Assembly: GCF_018977255.1 (NCBI RefSeq)
Contig: NW_024704742.1
Coordinates: forward strand, 117,430,001-117,494,000
Reading direction: 5' to 3'
DNA length: 64,000 nucleotides
Source: Callorhinchus milii
Lineage: Eukaryota
Shown here: piece after piece, positions 37,723-51,639 of the stretch
Numbering within the stretch: position 1 is the stretch's first letter
How the letters are laid out: each line of letters begins with the position of its first letter
Notes under the pieces: generated by a model
What the model saw: only the letters and a program-made list of their open reading frames with translations
Database searches by the model: none
What the model was told of the DNA's origin: nothing
Made by a program: the position numbers and the translations under genes

Positions 37723-40700
37723 TAGTGTTTCTGCTGATTTGTTCTGACTTTACCCCCCCTTCGATCACAGCACTTTGAGATGACCTCTCCCTGTGAAAGG
37801 TGCTATGCCAAATGTAAGGATTATTATTATTACTGACAAATGCTGACAGCAGAATGAGAATGGGATCTAAAATGTAATTGGTGCAAATTTGTTTGTGTTC
37901 ATTGTGTTCATTCTGGTTTCAAATGGTGAACACCAACATTTGCTTGGATACTGTCCTGTTCTGGGACTGTGTTGAGAAGAGGTGAAGGGCACTCCTATTG
38001 TTCTTATTTCTCTTCAAAGTAGCAAGGCCCCAAGGCAGGATAAGATTGATAAAATTGGACATTAGACCTCTGTCCAGATTATTCTCCTTTATAGTTCCGA
38101 GCTGCTGGAAATGCATGGATGGGTTCCTATCAATTCACCAAATCAAAGATCTGAATAAAGGTAGAAGGCGAGTTTAAGGCAAGAACATTTCTATTTGCTT
38201 TCTATACGATTTCTAACAACATATCAAGGAAATATTATTTTGCATCACCTTCGGACCAGGGGTGAGAGGAGGCAACCTCACTCACTAATAAAAATACCTC
38301 CATATACACTGCCAATATAGTTTGCAGTAAAAATTAATGTGAAGCGCACTGAGATGTCGTCTCAATATGAAAGACGGCATATCAAATGTAAGTTCAGTAT
38401 TATTATTATTACGATTGTTATTAATTAATAGGATGTGAGAAAGAATAAAGAGACAGTAGAATTTGATTTGAAAGAAAAAAATTGCATTGTTATAACAACT
38501 TTTCATATTGAAATATCTCAAAACACTTCATGGATTATAACTGTGAAGCAATTGTTTTGTAGATAAACACGACAACAATTTACATCAGCAAGGTCCCATG
38601 AGTAGCCATCAGGTTATTAAACAAATAACAGTATTTCTCCCTAGACAACTGGAAAAAGTTCCTTCTTTTGTTGTTGAGATCTTCATAACATTTTTAATGC
38701 TCAGCTGGATTCTTAAACTCAGTATTTATTTTGTTTTAGTAAAATGAGTGTCTGACACGTGAAAATAAATCACCATGTTTAAAAAAAATCCAAATCAGAC
38801 TGAGATCCACACATGTATGCCATCTTCACACAGATATTTCCCTGCGTCTGGAATCAAATGTGCATGCTGGCCTGATGGGATGCATCCTGCTTACCTAATT
38901 GGCCAAGCTTGGGGACCCCAGTGTGTATGCTGGGGAACTGCCGGAGTTCAACCAGTCAAAACTACATAGCTTTCCAATGAGAGTTCTATGGGGCAACCTT
39001 CTCCTTGCCTACCCAGGCAGGACCAACCTATCTGTTTGGGTTTTGGCTTGCAAGATTAACAGGAGCTGATTGGGAAGATTCCCTGCCCCCTCCCAGTCCT
39101 GTCAATGAGCCAGGCTGGACACCAGCAGTGCCCTGGAGTACAGTAGACACACCTGGTTCAGGAACCGGACCACCGAGACCACCACAGGGTTGATTCGATT
39201 CTAACATTAAGTTGCCAAGCATGCCACTTTGTAACCAAGGAGGCTTTGATTACCTCCCCCACCTCCCACCCCGAGTAACCTCCACCCTAAAGGGATTAGA
39301 AGCAGATCTACTGAAGGTAAGAAAGTGGTAAATGCCGGTTAGATTTGTAAGAGACATGAGGAAACTGTATGGAGGAACTGAAGAAACTGTGTCTTGAGAA
39401 ACTGAAAGAAAAAAGCAATTGCTATTGAAGTGTATCAAGAAGGTTAATGTTTAATATTTTTGGCAAATGCACTGCATGCTGATTGTAGTTTGATAAAATG
39501 GAATCATCAGCACAACAATAACATGTGCTTTGATAAGCCAGGTGTCTGAAATATACAGACATCCATCTCCCTGTGTCTGGAATGGAATGCACTTCCTTTC
39601 TCCGAAGGGATCCACCCTGCTTACTTGATTCCGTAAAGCATCAGGTGCAGGTTGGCAAGAGCCAAGGCTTGGGAACAGAGTGTGCATTTGTGTACTGCCA
39701 GAATTTAGCAAAACGATAAAGGCAGGTTTGAATGAAGAATGGAGAAGTTCAGTGATGTGGAAAAGTTTGACGGCAGATCTCTGAGAATCCAATTTTGCAC
39801 TTAACGTTTTCAAATAAATTTGGTAGTGTTTCCTGGAATTTTAAACTGAAATTTGCTGTTAATCACAAATTATACAGTATTTTCAACCTGAAGCAGACTC
39901 TGCCATAAAGAAAATACATAACAGTATGTTGTAGTGTTGCTGACTTTCTTTCATAATATTGGTTACTGATTTTTCAGATTGTGCAGCATCGTTGTGTGTG
40001 AATTAATTGTCTCAAACATTCATTAAAATGATCACAAGATCACAGATTGCTCTGGATGAAGAAAGCACTTTGGCCCATCTGATCTCATCCATCCAGATCA
40101 CCATTCCTGCATATCATTGCATCAAGCTGCGTTTTAAATGAAACTTGTGTCCTGTTCTCAGCCACCTATCCTGGTAATCGGTCTTTGATTCCTCTCTGCG
40201 TAAAGAAACAAATGATGCTCCTTCAATGTATCATATACCAATATGGGTATTTGTATGTGAGGATCTGTCATTGGAGCCTATGAGCTTTCTTGTGACTGAT
40301 GTGGAATGATTGTATTTTCATCCATATTTTGTGAAGCTTTGCTTTGTGTTACACCCACTAATGACCAACTGGTGGTGCCACTGTGCTTGGTTTGAACTTA
40401 GTTTGTGGTTATGTTACAGAGCAAAGTTTTTTAAAAAAATTTTAAGCATCTTTTTAAAATTAGAATTATTTTATTAATCTTATCATTTTGTTTTATTATT
40501 TAGCAACAGTTTTAGAAAACTACAGTCATACGATAATCTTAATAATATCAGAAAACATAAAACATATTCTAAATTGTTAGAAGTCAACAAAAATAAATAA
40601 TAAAAAAAATCCTTGCATTTGATATAGTGATTTAGCATGTTGTTGCAACATCTCAAAGCATTTCACAGCATATATTGTAGTAATAATAATAATAAAAATC

Positions 40701-41501
40701 CTTGCATTTGATATAACGCCTTATCACGTCATCAAGACGTCTCAAAATGCTTCAAAGAATATACTGTAAACTGAATTGACTGTATATTTTGCTTTTGTTT
40801 CTGTAACACCTATATATTTTCTTTTCATATCTTTAAAATGTTACAAAAAATAATAATAATCTTTGCATTTCATATAGTGATTCATCATGTCATTGTAACA
40901 TCCCAAAGCGCTTTACAGCGTATATTGTAATAATAATAATAAAATGTACACAACAAGTATGAAGACAGCTGAGCTTGCTCAGCTTCTATTCATTTGCTAG
41001 TTACTCCTCAGGTTAAATTACTCTGTATTCCAGCCTTGTTTCATGGGCACCAACTGATTGGAGCTCAATAATCTCACTAACTCGGGAGTCAGAGGCCCCT
41101 TCACATATTAGGCTGTGACTGTGCCACTTCTCACTTGCTGGCAATGGTTTGGTAAGATTAAATATTTCCCTCTCCCAAAATATTTCAACACTACTGGACC
41201 AGTGTGAAATAAATCATAAACTAGCATTAATTATTTCAACCTTTCATTCCTTATATTTGGGGCCAGAAGTCTTCCACATTAAATCTGAGTTTAAGAATTT
41301 TTCACAATTTTGTGCAATCTTAAATTTTCAGACAAAAGGGTCTCATAGGGTAAGACCATGAGAAATATTGGGCCTCATATATTAACATGTCTTGAAGCAA
41401 ATATTCTTTGATGGTCCTGCAACTAGAAAATATTTTGAGCTAATTTCTGGAATTATAAGGGACAATTTTAATAATCTGCAACATTTCTACACAATGGATA
41501 C

Positions 41502-41574
41502 GTGGTAGAAAGTCTCCTTTGAACCAAACTTGTATAAACCTTTGAAAGTGAACCCAATGATCCTCAAAGTTGCC
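41502..41574 (-). CDS. Candidate exon (GNFEDHWVHFQRFIQVWFKGDFLP), phase 0 to 1
   Basis: Acceptor cttattgcag, donor C|gtatcc; phase fits neighbours, but a second frame is also open. Confidence 0.4.
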
Positions 41575-42126
41575 CTGCAATAAGCACTTGTAGGTATGCA
41601 AATATGGGACATGACTGCACCTGAATTAGTCTGTCTGCACTCAAAAGGTGCCCAGTGTCCTATAGTCATTGTAACCCGCACTGAACTTTACTGCTTCAAT
41701 TATAGTGGTTAATTCAGTGACAGCGGCTCTGGCACTGAGTCTGTTTTCATCACTAAATAACTAATGTCATGACCTTCTACAGGTCATGGTCAATTTTAAG
41801 AGACCTCACTCAAGGTTAGCACTGATAATGAAGTGTTTATCCAAGGTTTCCAGGAGCTGGTTGCCATAATTTGGACATTAGAGTTTTGTTTTATTTTCTA
41901 TAGATCACAAGTTATAAACAACTGATGTACATTATTAAAGGTCCATTTTGCTGCATTCTGAGGCTCTACATGCTCTGGGACACTACCCCGCGTGAAGGGC
42001 GCTATTCAAATGCAAGTTGTTGTTGTTGAAATCCATAATTATGTAAAAATGTGTCATTCCACACACAATGACTTGTCCTTAGTGAGAAACACCAAGTGCC
42101 AGACGCTACCCTACCTCAAACAGTGA

Positions 42127-42495
42127 AATAATAATAATAATCTTTGCATTTGATATAGCGCCTTATCACATCTTCAAGGTGTCTCAAAGCGCTTCACAGA
42201 ATATACTGTAAAGTGGATTGACCATATATTATGTGGGCGAAACGTGGCAGCAAATTACGCACAGCAGTGTTCCACACATAGTTGTGGATTGAGTGAACAC
42301 TTTTTTTTGGAGGGATTATTATCCCCAGAGAGCAATCTGCCAATCGACTAACAACTAGATTCCTACTTACTGCTCGGTAAATAGAGGCGTGTGTGGAGGA
42401 AGAAAACTTGCCTAAGGTTCCACCCCGTGTGGGAATCGAATCTGGGTCCTCTCACTTGAATGGCGAGCGTGTTAACCACTACGCTACAGGACTCC
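42127..42495 (-). mobile_element. SINE, full-length long form (about 370 bp)
   Basis: tRNA-like head, internal domain and L2-type tail. Confidence 0.8.
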
Positions 42496-43619
42496 ACAAA
42501 AAAAACATTCCCAGGTTTCTGGAAGTCTACATTCTGGAAGTCTAGAAGACGTGAAAAGCACTATATCAAATGCAAAGATTATTATTATGTATTATAGTAA
42601 CAACCTCTATTTCTCTCTGGCAGATAACCATCCCCGCCTCAAACTCTTAGTCAGCCTCGAGCAGTCAGTTTCAAACGAAAGGAACAGAACAAATGGATGA
42701 AAACGAAAAGAATTTAGGCATTGACCCACCCTATTTCTGTGACATCCTGTAACCCTGCTAAGTGGCTACGCCCTTCACTCCACTCTGTCACCATTGACAA
42801 ACAAGCTTTCAGACACTTTGTCCTGCTCTCCGGAACTCGCTCCCAGAATCTCTCCTCCTTCCTTCTCTACTTTCGAATACTGCCTGAAGATTTGGCTTAT
42901 TGTACTTTTAGTCGCCTTCCCCCAGCCCCACTCCACCAGCTCTGTCCCACCTTGATCTCCTGGTCAGTCTTTGTAAAGCGCTTCGAGACGTTTTCCTAAC
43001 TTGCTGCACTGTGAGAAGTGCTGTCCTTCAGTTGAGAGATTAAGATGAAGTCATGTCTGTCTGTTCAGATGGATGTTAAATATCCCATGAGACTAATCAA
43101 AAAGAGGAATTTCTCTCAATGGCTAACATTCCTCTAGAATTGTTCATTTATTTTGTGGCTCTTTATGAGACATTACTGAGCACATATTGATTTTCATGTT
43201 TGCTTACAAATTCACTTAGTACACTTTATAGAAAATAGTATATAGAAAATTAGGAATGCGCATAATATTTTTGGTCCTTGGAGATTTATATTATGTGTGT
43301 GTGTGATCATGTTATATTGTTTATATTATGTGTGTGTGTGTGCATGCGCATTATAGTTAAATAAAACGCAATGTATTTTATGCCAACAAAATGTCAAGTA
43401 AAAACGCACTGGAAAATGTCTTACATGTCCTACCATGACTGTAGCCTTGGGGGCATCCTTGTCACATTATTGAAATGGATGAAATTTACTTTTCTTTCGG
43501 TCAAAATATAACGTTTAAGACCAGTTCATTTTTATCACCTCTTTTGAGCCTAATTGATGAATTATGCACTATGCACGATACATAATCAATAAAACTTTTG
43601 CCCTTTTTTAAATGGTTCC

Positions 43620-44612
43620 TGAGGCGACAAATTGCCCCTCATTGAGGCCACACCACCCGGCTATACCTGGGCTATCATGGCCACCCACTCGAGCTGGTGA
43701 CTACCCAGGACCTCAATGTCTTGGATATCACAATCACAGACAAAGCCATCTCTGATCACCATTTCATCTCCTTTAACTCCTCAATCCCTCTCCCCACCGT
43801 GACCAATCCCACCTCCATCTCCTATCGCTCCTGAAAAAATATCTCCCCACAATCCCTCTCCAGTGCCCTGGAGTTATCTGAACTCCTCCCCTTCTGGTCT
43901 ATCTCCCGTACTGATTTATCCTTTTCGCTCACTCTCCTCCACAACTCCCTCTCCACCACTCTTGATGCCCTTGCCCTCCTCATCTCCCGAACTGCCTCCT
44001 ACTCACGAACCTCACCCTGATACACCAGCCACCTCCTCTCCCTCAAGGGTCAGGTGCGGGCCCCCGAACGCACCTAACTCAAATCTGACCGAATGGTCCA
44101 CCGACAGATCTTACTGGACCACATCAAAACGGACTGCTCCACCCTCTCCTCTGCCAAATCATCCTTCTGCTCCAAGATAATCTTGGAGGCGAAGGTCAAC
44201 CCCACGCTCCTATTCTCCACCACCAACCAGCTCCTCCGTCCACGCTCTCACACCTCACCCATTCTCTCCTCAAACTCTGACAGTGAGGAGATGCTGGATT
44301 TCTTCGAGTCCAAAATTGAGGGGATCCATTCAGCTGCCTCCGCCCTCTCAACCACCACTCCCTTCCCATCCCTCCCTCCACATTTTCGAACCTGTCTCTC
44401 CCTCCTCTCTCATCACCACCATATGCAGCATAAAACACACCACCTGATCCCTTGACCCTATCCCCTCCCTTCTGCTTACCTCCCAGCTCCACCTCCTCAC
44501 CCCTCTATTCTTCAACATCGTCAATCTCTCCATTTCATCCAGCACAGTTCCCATCCCCCTAAAAACAGCTACAAACACCCCCATCCTGAAAAAATCTTCC
44601 CTGGACCCATTC
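43620..44612 (+). mobile_element. L2 fragment (end of the endonuclease and linker region)
   Basis: SDHH-like APE end and PILKKSSLDP motif; homologous to 49700-50550. Confidence 0.7.
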
Positions 44613-44614
44613 CT

Positions 44615-45890
44615 GCTATCTCTGAGAGGATGAAGACTGTGCTGGAGCAAGTAATACACCCTGACCAGATCGCCGCAGTTCCGGAACGGAGAATCTGTGA
44701 CAACCTTGTGTTGCTCAGGGATATCATCGCCTTTGTGCAGGACAAGGGGGTGGGGACTTGCCTCATCAGTCTGGATCAGGAGAAAGCCTTGGACAGAGTA
44801 TCTCATGACTACATGCTTGCCAAAATGGGTTTCGGGGAGGGAATTCTAAATTGAGTCCATCTGTTCTACAGAGGTATCTGTAGTGCAGTCATGATAAATG
44901 GACATGAAATGCAGACTCTTCCCATCAGATCTGGAGTCAGACAGGGATGTCCCCTTTGCCCAACCCTGTTTGTCTGCTGCATAGAACCCTTTGCACAGGC
45001 CATCAGGAGGGAGAATAGCATCAGAGGTGTCACTATCCCAGGTAACCACGGCTCACAAGCCAAGGTTTCCCTGTATATGAATGATGTCACTGTCTTTTGC
45101 TCTGACCAACGATTGATCAAGAGCCTGCTGGACATCTGCGATCATTTCGAATGGTCTTCGGGTGCCAGGGTAAATAGACAAAAAAGTGAGGTAATGTAAT
45201 TCGGCAACTGGTGAGAACCCAAATGTATACTATTCTCTTGTGCTGTATGGCCTCTTCCTGGGGACGCATGGAGAGACTAACATCGAATGTGCGTGGAGGG
45301 TCATCAACTCGGTGAAGGAAGCTCTTTGGGTCTGCCCAAACCGGATGATCTTCAGGCATGGAGACAGATCGGTAAAGGCCTGCTACAGAGTAGTACAGGT
45401 GAGAGTCAGGGAGTACGTCATGAGGGACACACTGAAGCTGGGTTCAGCAGAGGCTAAGGACAGATGGGGCCTGACCCTGGCCAGAGCAGCTCAATGATGG
45501 GTGCGCAGGCGTTAGTGCCATCTCCCCGCATGGCAGGGTACCTATGGAAGGTATGGTTTGTAGAGAGGGACACTCGACCTGTAACCAGAGAGTGTCCTGT
45601 GATGTGTGTGGGTGGGTTGGAAAAAATCTCTTCCCATAAAGGAGGGAGAAACGGAGTGGGAATTTTGGCATGCCATTCATTAAGGGAAGGAAGGTAGAAC
45701 TGGGAATAGCCCAAAGTGTAACTGCTTCCTGTAAATAAAGGCAGTAGCATAGAGGAGCGAGAAGGTCCTGGTCCCTCCGCTCGAGGAGAGTGGGGGACAG
45801 TAGTGGTCGACACAAGGTAAACAGGCACTTCTTTGAAAATATTGAATTTGAAGTGGATGTGTTTTTTTCTGTTACGGGTGTGCTTTCCTT
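44615..45890 (+). mobile_element. Tx1/L1-clade LINE fragment with internal deletion
   Basis: IHPDQ..VP.R.I.DN, SLDQEKALDRVSH, GVRQGCPL, YMNDV; C-terminal VLYGLF..CAWRVINSVKEALW. Confidence 0.8.
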
Positions 45891-45914
45891 CCACAAGGAA
45901 CGTATTGTTTATAT

Positions 45915-46812
45915 GGAGTCCTGTAGCTCAGTGGTTAGAGCACTCGCTTTGCAAGTGAGAGACCTGAGTTCAATTCCAGGCAGGGCGAAACCTTGGGCAA
46001 GTTTCCTTACTCCACACGCCTAATAATAATCCCTTCAAAAAAAAACAAAAAAAAAAAAACAATAATTAATTGGTCATTTTCAATCTACGACTGTTTGTGG
46101 GACATTGCTGTGCGCAATTGGCTGCCGCGTTCGCCCACAAATATACAGTCAATTCACTTTGCAGTATGTTCTGTGAAGCGCTTTGGGACGTCCTCCCGAC
46201 GTGAAAAGCGCTATATCAAATGCAAGGATTATTATTATTATTATTATTATATTATTATAATTGCTTGGGGAACAAAAGGATGGGCCATTTGCAATTTGTC
46301 ATGGTTTTGAAATGTGTTTTTTTTGAGAATGTTTCTTTGTTCTGTGACGGGGGTGTTTTGATATTAATATTATATGTGGAAAGTTGAATATATTTTTTAT
46401 ATATATCAAATAAATATGTTTTTTAAAAAAGAGGTGAGCTGAAATAAAAGAGTGAATAAAACAAGCACATTGTTTGTTGAGAACATAACAAGATGACCAC
46501 TGTACCACTGTAGCTCAGTGGTTAAAGCTCTCGTCTTGCAAGCGAGACACCTGGATTCAACTCCAGGCAGGGCAAAACCTTGGGCAAGTTTCCTTACTCC
46601 ACACGCCTGATAGTAATCCCTCCAAAACAATAATAAATTGGTCATTTTCAATCCACAACGGTTTGTGGGACACTGCTGTGCGCAATTGGCTGCCGCATTT
46701 CATCCACAAATATACGGTCAATTCACTTTACAGCATATTTTGTGAAGAGCTTTTGTGATGTCTAGAAGATGTGAAAAGCGCTATATCAAATGCAAGGATT
46801 ATTATTATTATT
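45915..46812 (+). mobile_element. Two SINE copies (45915-46258, 46508-46812)
   Basis: SINE consensus. Confidence 0.88.
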
Positions 46813-47755
46813 TTATGTTCTGGCTTGCAGCTGAAGCTCACATACAGGCTACGTATTTGACGTAAGTGATTCATCAAACAGACAAAGATCACGGTCATTT
46901 TGCTTGATTATGCATTTGATTATGTGTTGTAAAGTTGCAATAAAAGTAAATATTTGAGAAAAGAATAATAAATGATGCCAAAGAAGACTAAGAAATTAAG
47001 CAGAACAATCAATATGGTTCTTTGATCTCCCTTAAAAACAGGTGCACAGTCCACAAACTGATGTGGCGTCTGATCAGAACTACAAAGCTCAAGGTGAACT
47101 GACCAGATCATTGCAACTCAAGGTTGTGCTATCTGAAATATTTTGAAAAATAACATGACTCATACCCAGCATCAATCAGAAAGGAAAACTATAAATGCAT
47201 CTAAAAGCTTTTATTGCAATAAATGCAATATTGCTACCAATTCTATCTTATGGATGGTCTCATCACTGCCTTATTGACTTACATTTGAAGCGGCATGAAA
47301 AAAGTTTGTGTATAAAAAATATGGTGATAATTATGGGCAAATTTCATTAGAAATATATATCAGGATAAGTGGATTTCTGTGTGGAATAATGCTTTGCACA
47401 TAAATACTGGGGATACATTTCAGAATTCTGATCAGTGCTTCGTTAATTATTTGTGAGGTTCTGCAGCTCCAAAGACTTCAATAATATGGAGAAGAGATTT
47501 TTTCCTTCATGTGCTACATCTCCTAGACAGTTTGTTACAGATGTATCACGTAGATATAGCTAAGAAATAAAACTTCTCTATTCACAGTCCCAATAACATA
47601 TTAATTATGCCATCTCAATAATTATCCTATTGATGTACTTCTCAATAGGCAGTTGTGATGAATCTATAAGTGATATTATTATTACATTGTATAATAATCA
47701 TAATAATTATAATAATACAATATAATATTATAATAATTATTATTATACTATGTAT

Positions 47756-47955
47756 TGGTTAGAGCACCCGTCTCAAAAGCGAGAGGACCTGGGTTTGATT
47801 TCCAGGCAGGTCGAAATGTTAGGCAAGTTTTCTTCCTTCACACGCCTCTATTTACCTAGCAGTAAGTAGGAACCCAGTTGTTAGTTGATTGGCGGATCAC
47901 ATTTCCAGAAGTAATAATCCCTCAAAAAAAAATTTGGTCACTCAATCCACAACTG
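47756..47955 (+). mobile_element. SINE long form, 3'-truncated
   Basis: Head plus gcctctatttacctagcagtaagtaggaac domain. Confidence 0.7.
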
Positions 47956-48317
47956 CTTTTTTTAAGGCTCAGTCGGGTGACTGACACATGCAGAAAACCA
48001 TCACCATGCTTAATAATATCCAATCCAAGCTGAGATTTCCACGCATCCCACTACACGTGGAAATCCCAGAGACAGATTGTTGGAATGGAATGTGCACTCT
48101 CTCCCTGGAGGGACACATCCTCCTTACCTAAGTCCAGAAAGCATTAGGTTCAGTTTGGCAAAATCCAAGGCTTGGGGACACCAGAGTGTGCATTAGGGTA
48201 CTCCATTCAGCCACCTTCACCCTCCCAACCGTTACCCTTCCCCATCTCTCCCTCACTCTCTGGCCCCTACCCATCCATCCCTCCACACCTTCAAACTTGT
48301 CTCCCCCTCTTCTCTCA

Positions 48318-50550
48318 CAACAACAACAACAACAAAATTACATTTGTATAGTGCCTTTCACTTCGGGAGGACGTCCCAAGGCGCTCAGTCAGTGTTTCAT
48401 ACCCGAGCTGGGGGTCAGAATTGGGGAGGGTGGAGGGCAGGGGTGAAAGCAGAGTGATCAATCACACGGTGGAAGAGAAGGGTCTTGAGACAGCTCTTGA
48501 AGGAAGCAAGGGAGTTGGCGAGGCAGAGGGACTGCGGAATGGAGTTCCAGAGGGTGGGGGCAGAGTGGCAGAAGGTCCGCCCACCAAGGCCATGGAGGGC
48601 TTTGAAGGTGAAGACCAGGATCTTGAACTATATCCTCTGTGTGATGGGAAGCCAGTGGTGTCAGGCGAGGATGGGGGTGATTGGGTCACGGAGCCTGGTG
48701 CAGGAGAGGACATGGCTGCAGAGTTCTGGATGATCTGCAGCTCATGGAGAGAGGAGTAGGGGAGGCTGACAAGCAAGGAGTTTGCATAGACAAGTCTCGA
48801 TCTTATGAGGGTTTCGGTGGTCTGCGGTGTGAGACAGTGGTGGAGCCGGGTGAAGTTACGAAGGTGGGGGAAGGCAGAGCGGGTCATGGCACAGATTTGG
48901 GGTAGAAAGGATAGTTGAGAATCAAACATGACGCCAGGGTTCTGGACTGGCTTAGCCAGGTGGAGTGTGCATCCATGGATGGTGATGCTGTTAGTGCATG
49001 ATGTGTGGCGGCGCTGACAGGAGCCAATCAGGGGAGTCTCCGCCTTGTTGACCTTCAACTAAAGAAAGTTAGCTCTCATCCAGGACTTAATGTCTGCCAA
49101 ATGTTCTGTAAGGACAGCAGTAGTCCTGGAGTCAAGGGTGGAGGCAGAGAGATAGAGTTGGGTGTCATCCGCATACATGTGGAAGTTAACCCCATGACTG
49201 CGGATGATGTCACCAAGACGGAGCATTTAGATATTAAAGAGGAGGGGACCAAGGACAGAGCGCTGAGGAATGCCACATGAGATGGTGTGGGGGCCAGAGG
49301 AGAAACAGTTTGTGGAGATGAAGTGGAGACAGTGTGAGAGGTACAATCTGAACCATTCAAGGACAGAACCGTGAAGGTTGAGGTGAGAGGAGAGGTGCTG
49401 GATGAGGATAGAATGGTCAACGGTGTTGAAGACAGCAGAGAGGTCAAGGAGACGAGGAGGCAGAGGGAGCCCTGGTCGCAGATGGACGGAATGTTATTTG
49501 TTACTTTTCTCAGACTTGTTTCTGTGCTGTGGAAGGCACAGAAACATGATTGGAAGCGTTCATGAAGAGAGCGGCAGGAGAGGAAGGAGCGAAGCTGGGA
49601 AGCAACAACTCATTCCAGGATCTTGGAGAGGAAAAGGAGGTTGAAGATAGGGTTGTAGTTTCAGAGCAGGAATGGGTCCAGGGAGGGTTTTTAAGGATAG
49701 GATTGATGACTGCTGTTTTTAAAAGGGTGGGAATGGTACCAGTGGACAGGAGAGGTTCATGATGTCTGTGAGCAGAGGAGCAAGGAGATGGAGCTGGAAG
49801 ATAAGGAGAGGGGTAGGGATGAGATCAAGGGAGCAAGTGGTAGGTTTCAGCGGGTTATAGTGATAGTGAGAGAGGAATGGAGACAGGTTCGAAGATGTGG
49901 AAGGAGGGATGAATAGGGGCTAGGGTGTGAGGGGGAGATGGGGAGTGGGTAGTAGATGGAAGGGCAGAGACAGCTGATTGGATCTCCTTTACTTTGGATT
50001 CAAGGAAGTCCAGCATCGCCTTGCAGTTGGCATTAGAGGTGAGGATGGGCGATGCATGAGAGGGTGGGCAGAGGAGCCTAATGGTGATGGAGAAGAGCGG
50101 CCTGGGGTTATCCTTGGCCTCTAAGATTGTCTTGCAGTACAACAACAATTTAGCGGAGGCGAGGGCAGAGCGGTAAGATTTGATAAGGCCCAGCCAGATC
50201 TGCCGATGGACTGTTAAGTTCGACTTAAGACAGGTGTGTTCAGCGGCACGCACCTGTGCTTTAAGGGAGCAGAGGTGGCTGGTGTATCATGATGACTTTC
50301 ATGAGTAGGAGACGTTTGAAAAATGAGGGGAGCAAAGGAATCAAGAGTGGTGGAGGGGGGGCTGTGGAGAAGAATGACTGAGAAGTATAGGTCATTGTGG
50401 GAGGAAGCCCAAAGATGGAGGATTTCAGATGACTCCAAGGCGTGGGGGGGGCGGGGGGAAGATTTTTTTCCAGGGGCGGTAGTCGATGGAGGTGGGTTGG
50501 GTGGTGATGGGTAAAGGGATTGAGGCCTTAAGGGGGATGAAGTGATGGTC
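48318..50550 (-). mobile_element. L2 LINE, decayed, with internal deletions
   Basis: RT/linker homology to other copies; (TTG)n tail at 48318. Confidence 0.88.
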
Positions 50551-50680
50551 CACTTATTATAATAAGGGCTTTTGGTGCATACATTTTTAGCACCAGGTTG
50601 AATACTAATAATGTTCTGGTAATACGTTACCCTTTCTATGTCTTGCACCCGCTACTGTCAAATGGTGTCAAGACTATTAC

Positions 50681-50869
50681 CTTATACATATGGAATGGAA
50701 GAAAGTTAGAGAGGTTTCCTGTATTATTTTTGCTGCGTAAAAGTGGACAAGTAATATATTGATAAACGTCTCTCTTAATGGTCATTAGGTTTTCTAAGTT
50801 CTGTAACATTATCAGAAACTTGTGCAAAATGATAGGTTTGTTGCTGTGGCTATCAACAGTACCAACCAG
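50681..50869 (-). CDS. Candidate exon (LVGTVDSHSNKPIILHKFLIMLQ...FLPFHMYK), phase 0 to 0
   Basis: Acceptor ttttgtattctatgccgcag, donor AAG|gtaata, exactly 63 open codons. Confidence 0.5.
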
Positions 50870-51639
50870 CTGCGGCATAGAATACAAAACTAGGCAAGAA
50901 CTTATAATTAGTCCAGCAATGCAAGTGGAAACAGTGCAATAAGTGTTGGAAGTTGCTAAATTCTGTTCAAAATAGGATCAGTTATTCTTTTCAAGTAGCT
51001 TTGTGCCATATTAGTATTTAATGGAACATCCTGTCTCAAGCGTAAATGATAAATTTGTGAAAGCTATAGCGGTGCGATAAAGAATACCAATTTTAACTTC
51101 TTTGCTGACATCCTGGCTGATTAAATTTACTGAAATTCATTAAACTTCAATTTAAGAAGAAAGATATGCACTGGTGCATAAGCAATGTATGAAAACTTAG
51201 TTGATTGTAATTAATAGCTTTGTGTACTGTGGGATTTGGATTTTGATACGTGCTTCGGATTACAAGTGACCCAATGTAATGAAATCAAAGCGACACATTA
51301 AAAGAAATGGACAGCTGAAATATGTTCATGGTTCTATATACAGTAGTTGTGAAGTTAAAACACTTTGTGTTACCAAACAGAATAAATCTGTGCACTTTTT
51401 CCCTAGAGTAAAAAAAGTGGAGTAATTATGAAAGTGAATCAAGAGCTTCAAAGGAAGTTATTTTTTCTTTAAAGATTGATTAAGAATTTTGCTCACACCA
51501 AGAATACTGCTCCAGATTTACTTATAAAATCCTATAAGTCTGAACCAATTAACTTTTTATCAAATTACACAAGCATTTTTTAACAAGGGAGAGTCAAAAG
51601 CAAATGGATGCACATGGGGACACAGGGAAGATTGTCAAT

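Noticed and set aside
47283..47559. Minus-strand segment with strong acceptor and donor
   Set aside because: Stops in all three frames; left out of the candidate gene
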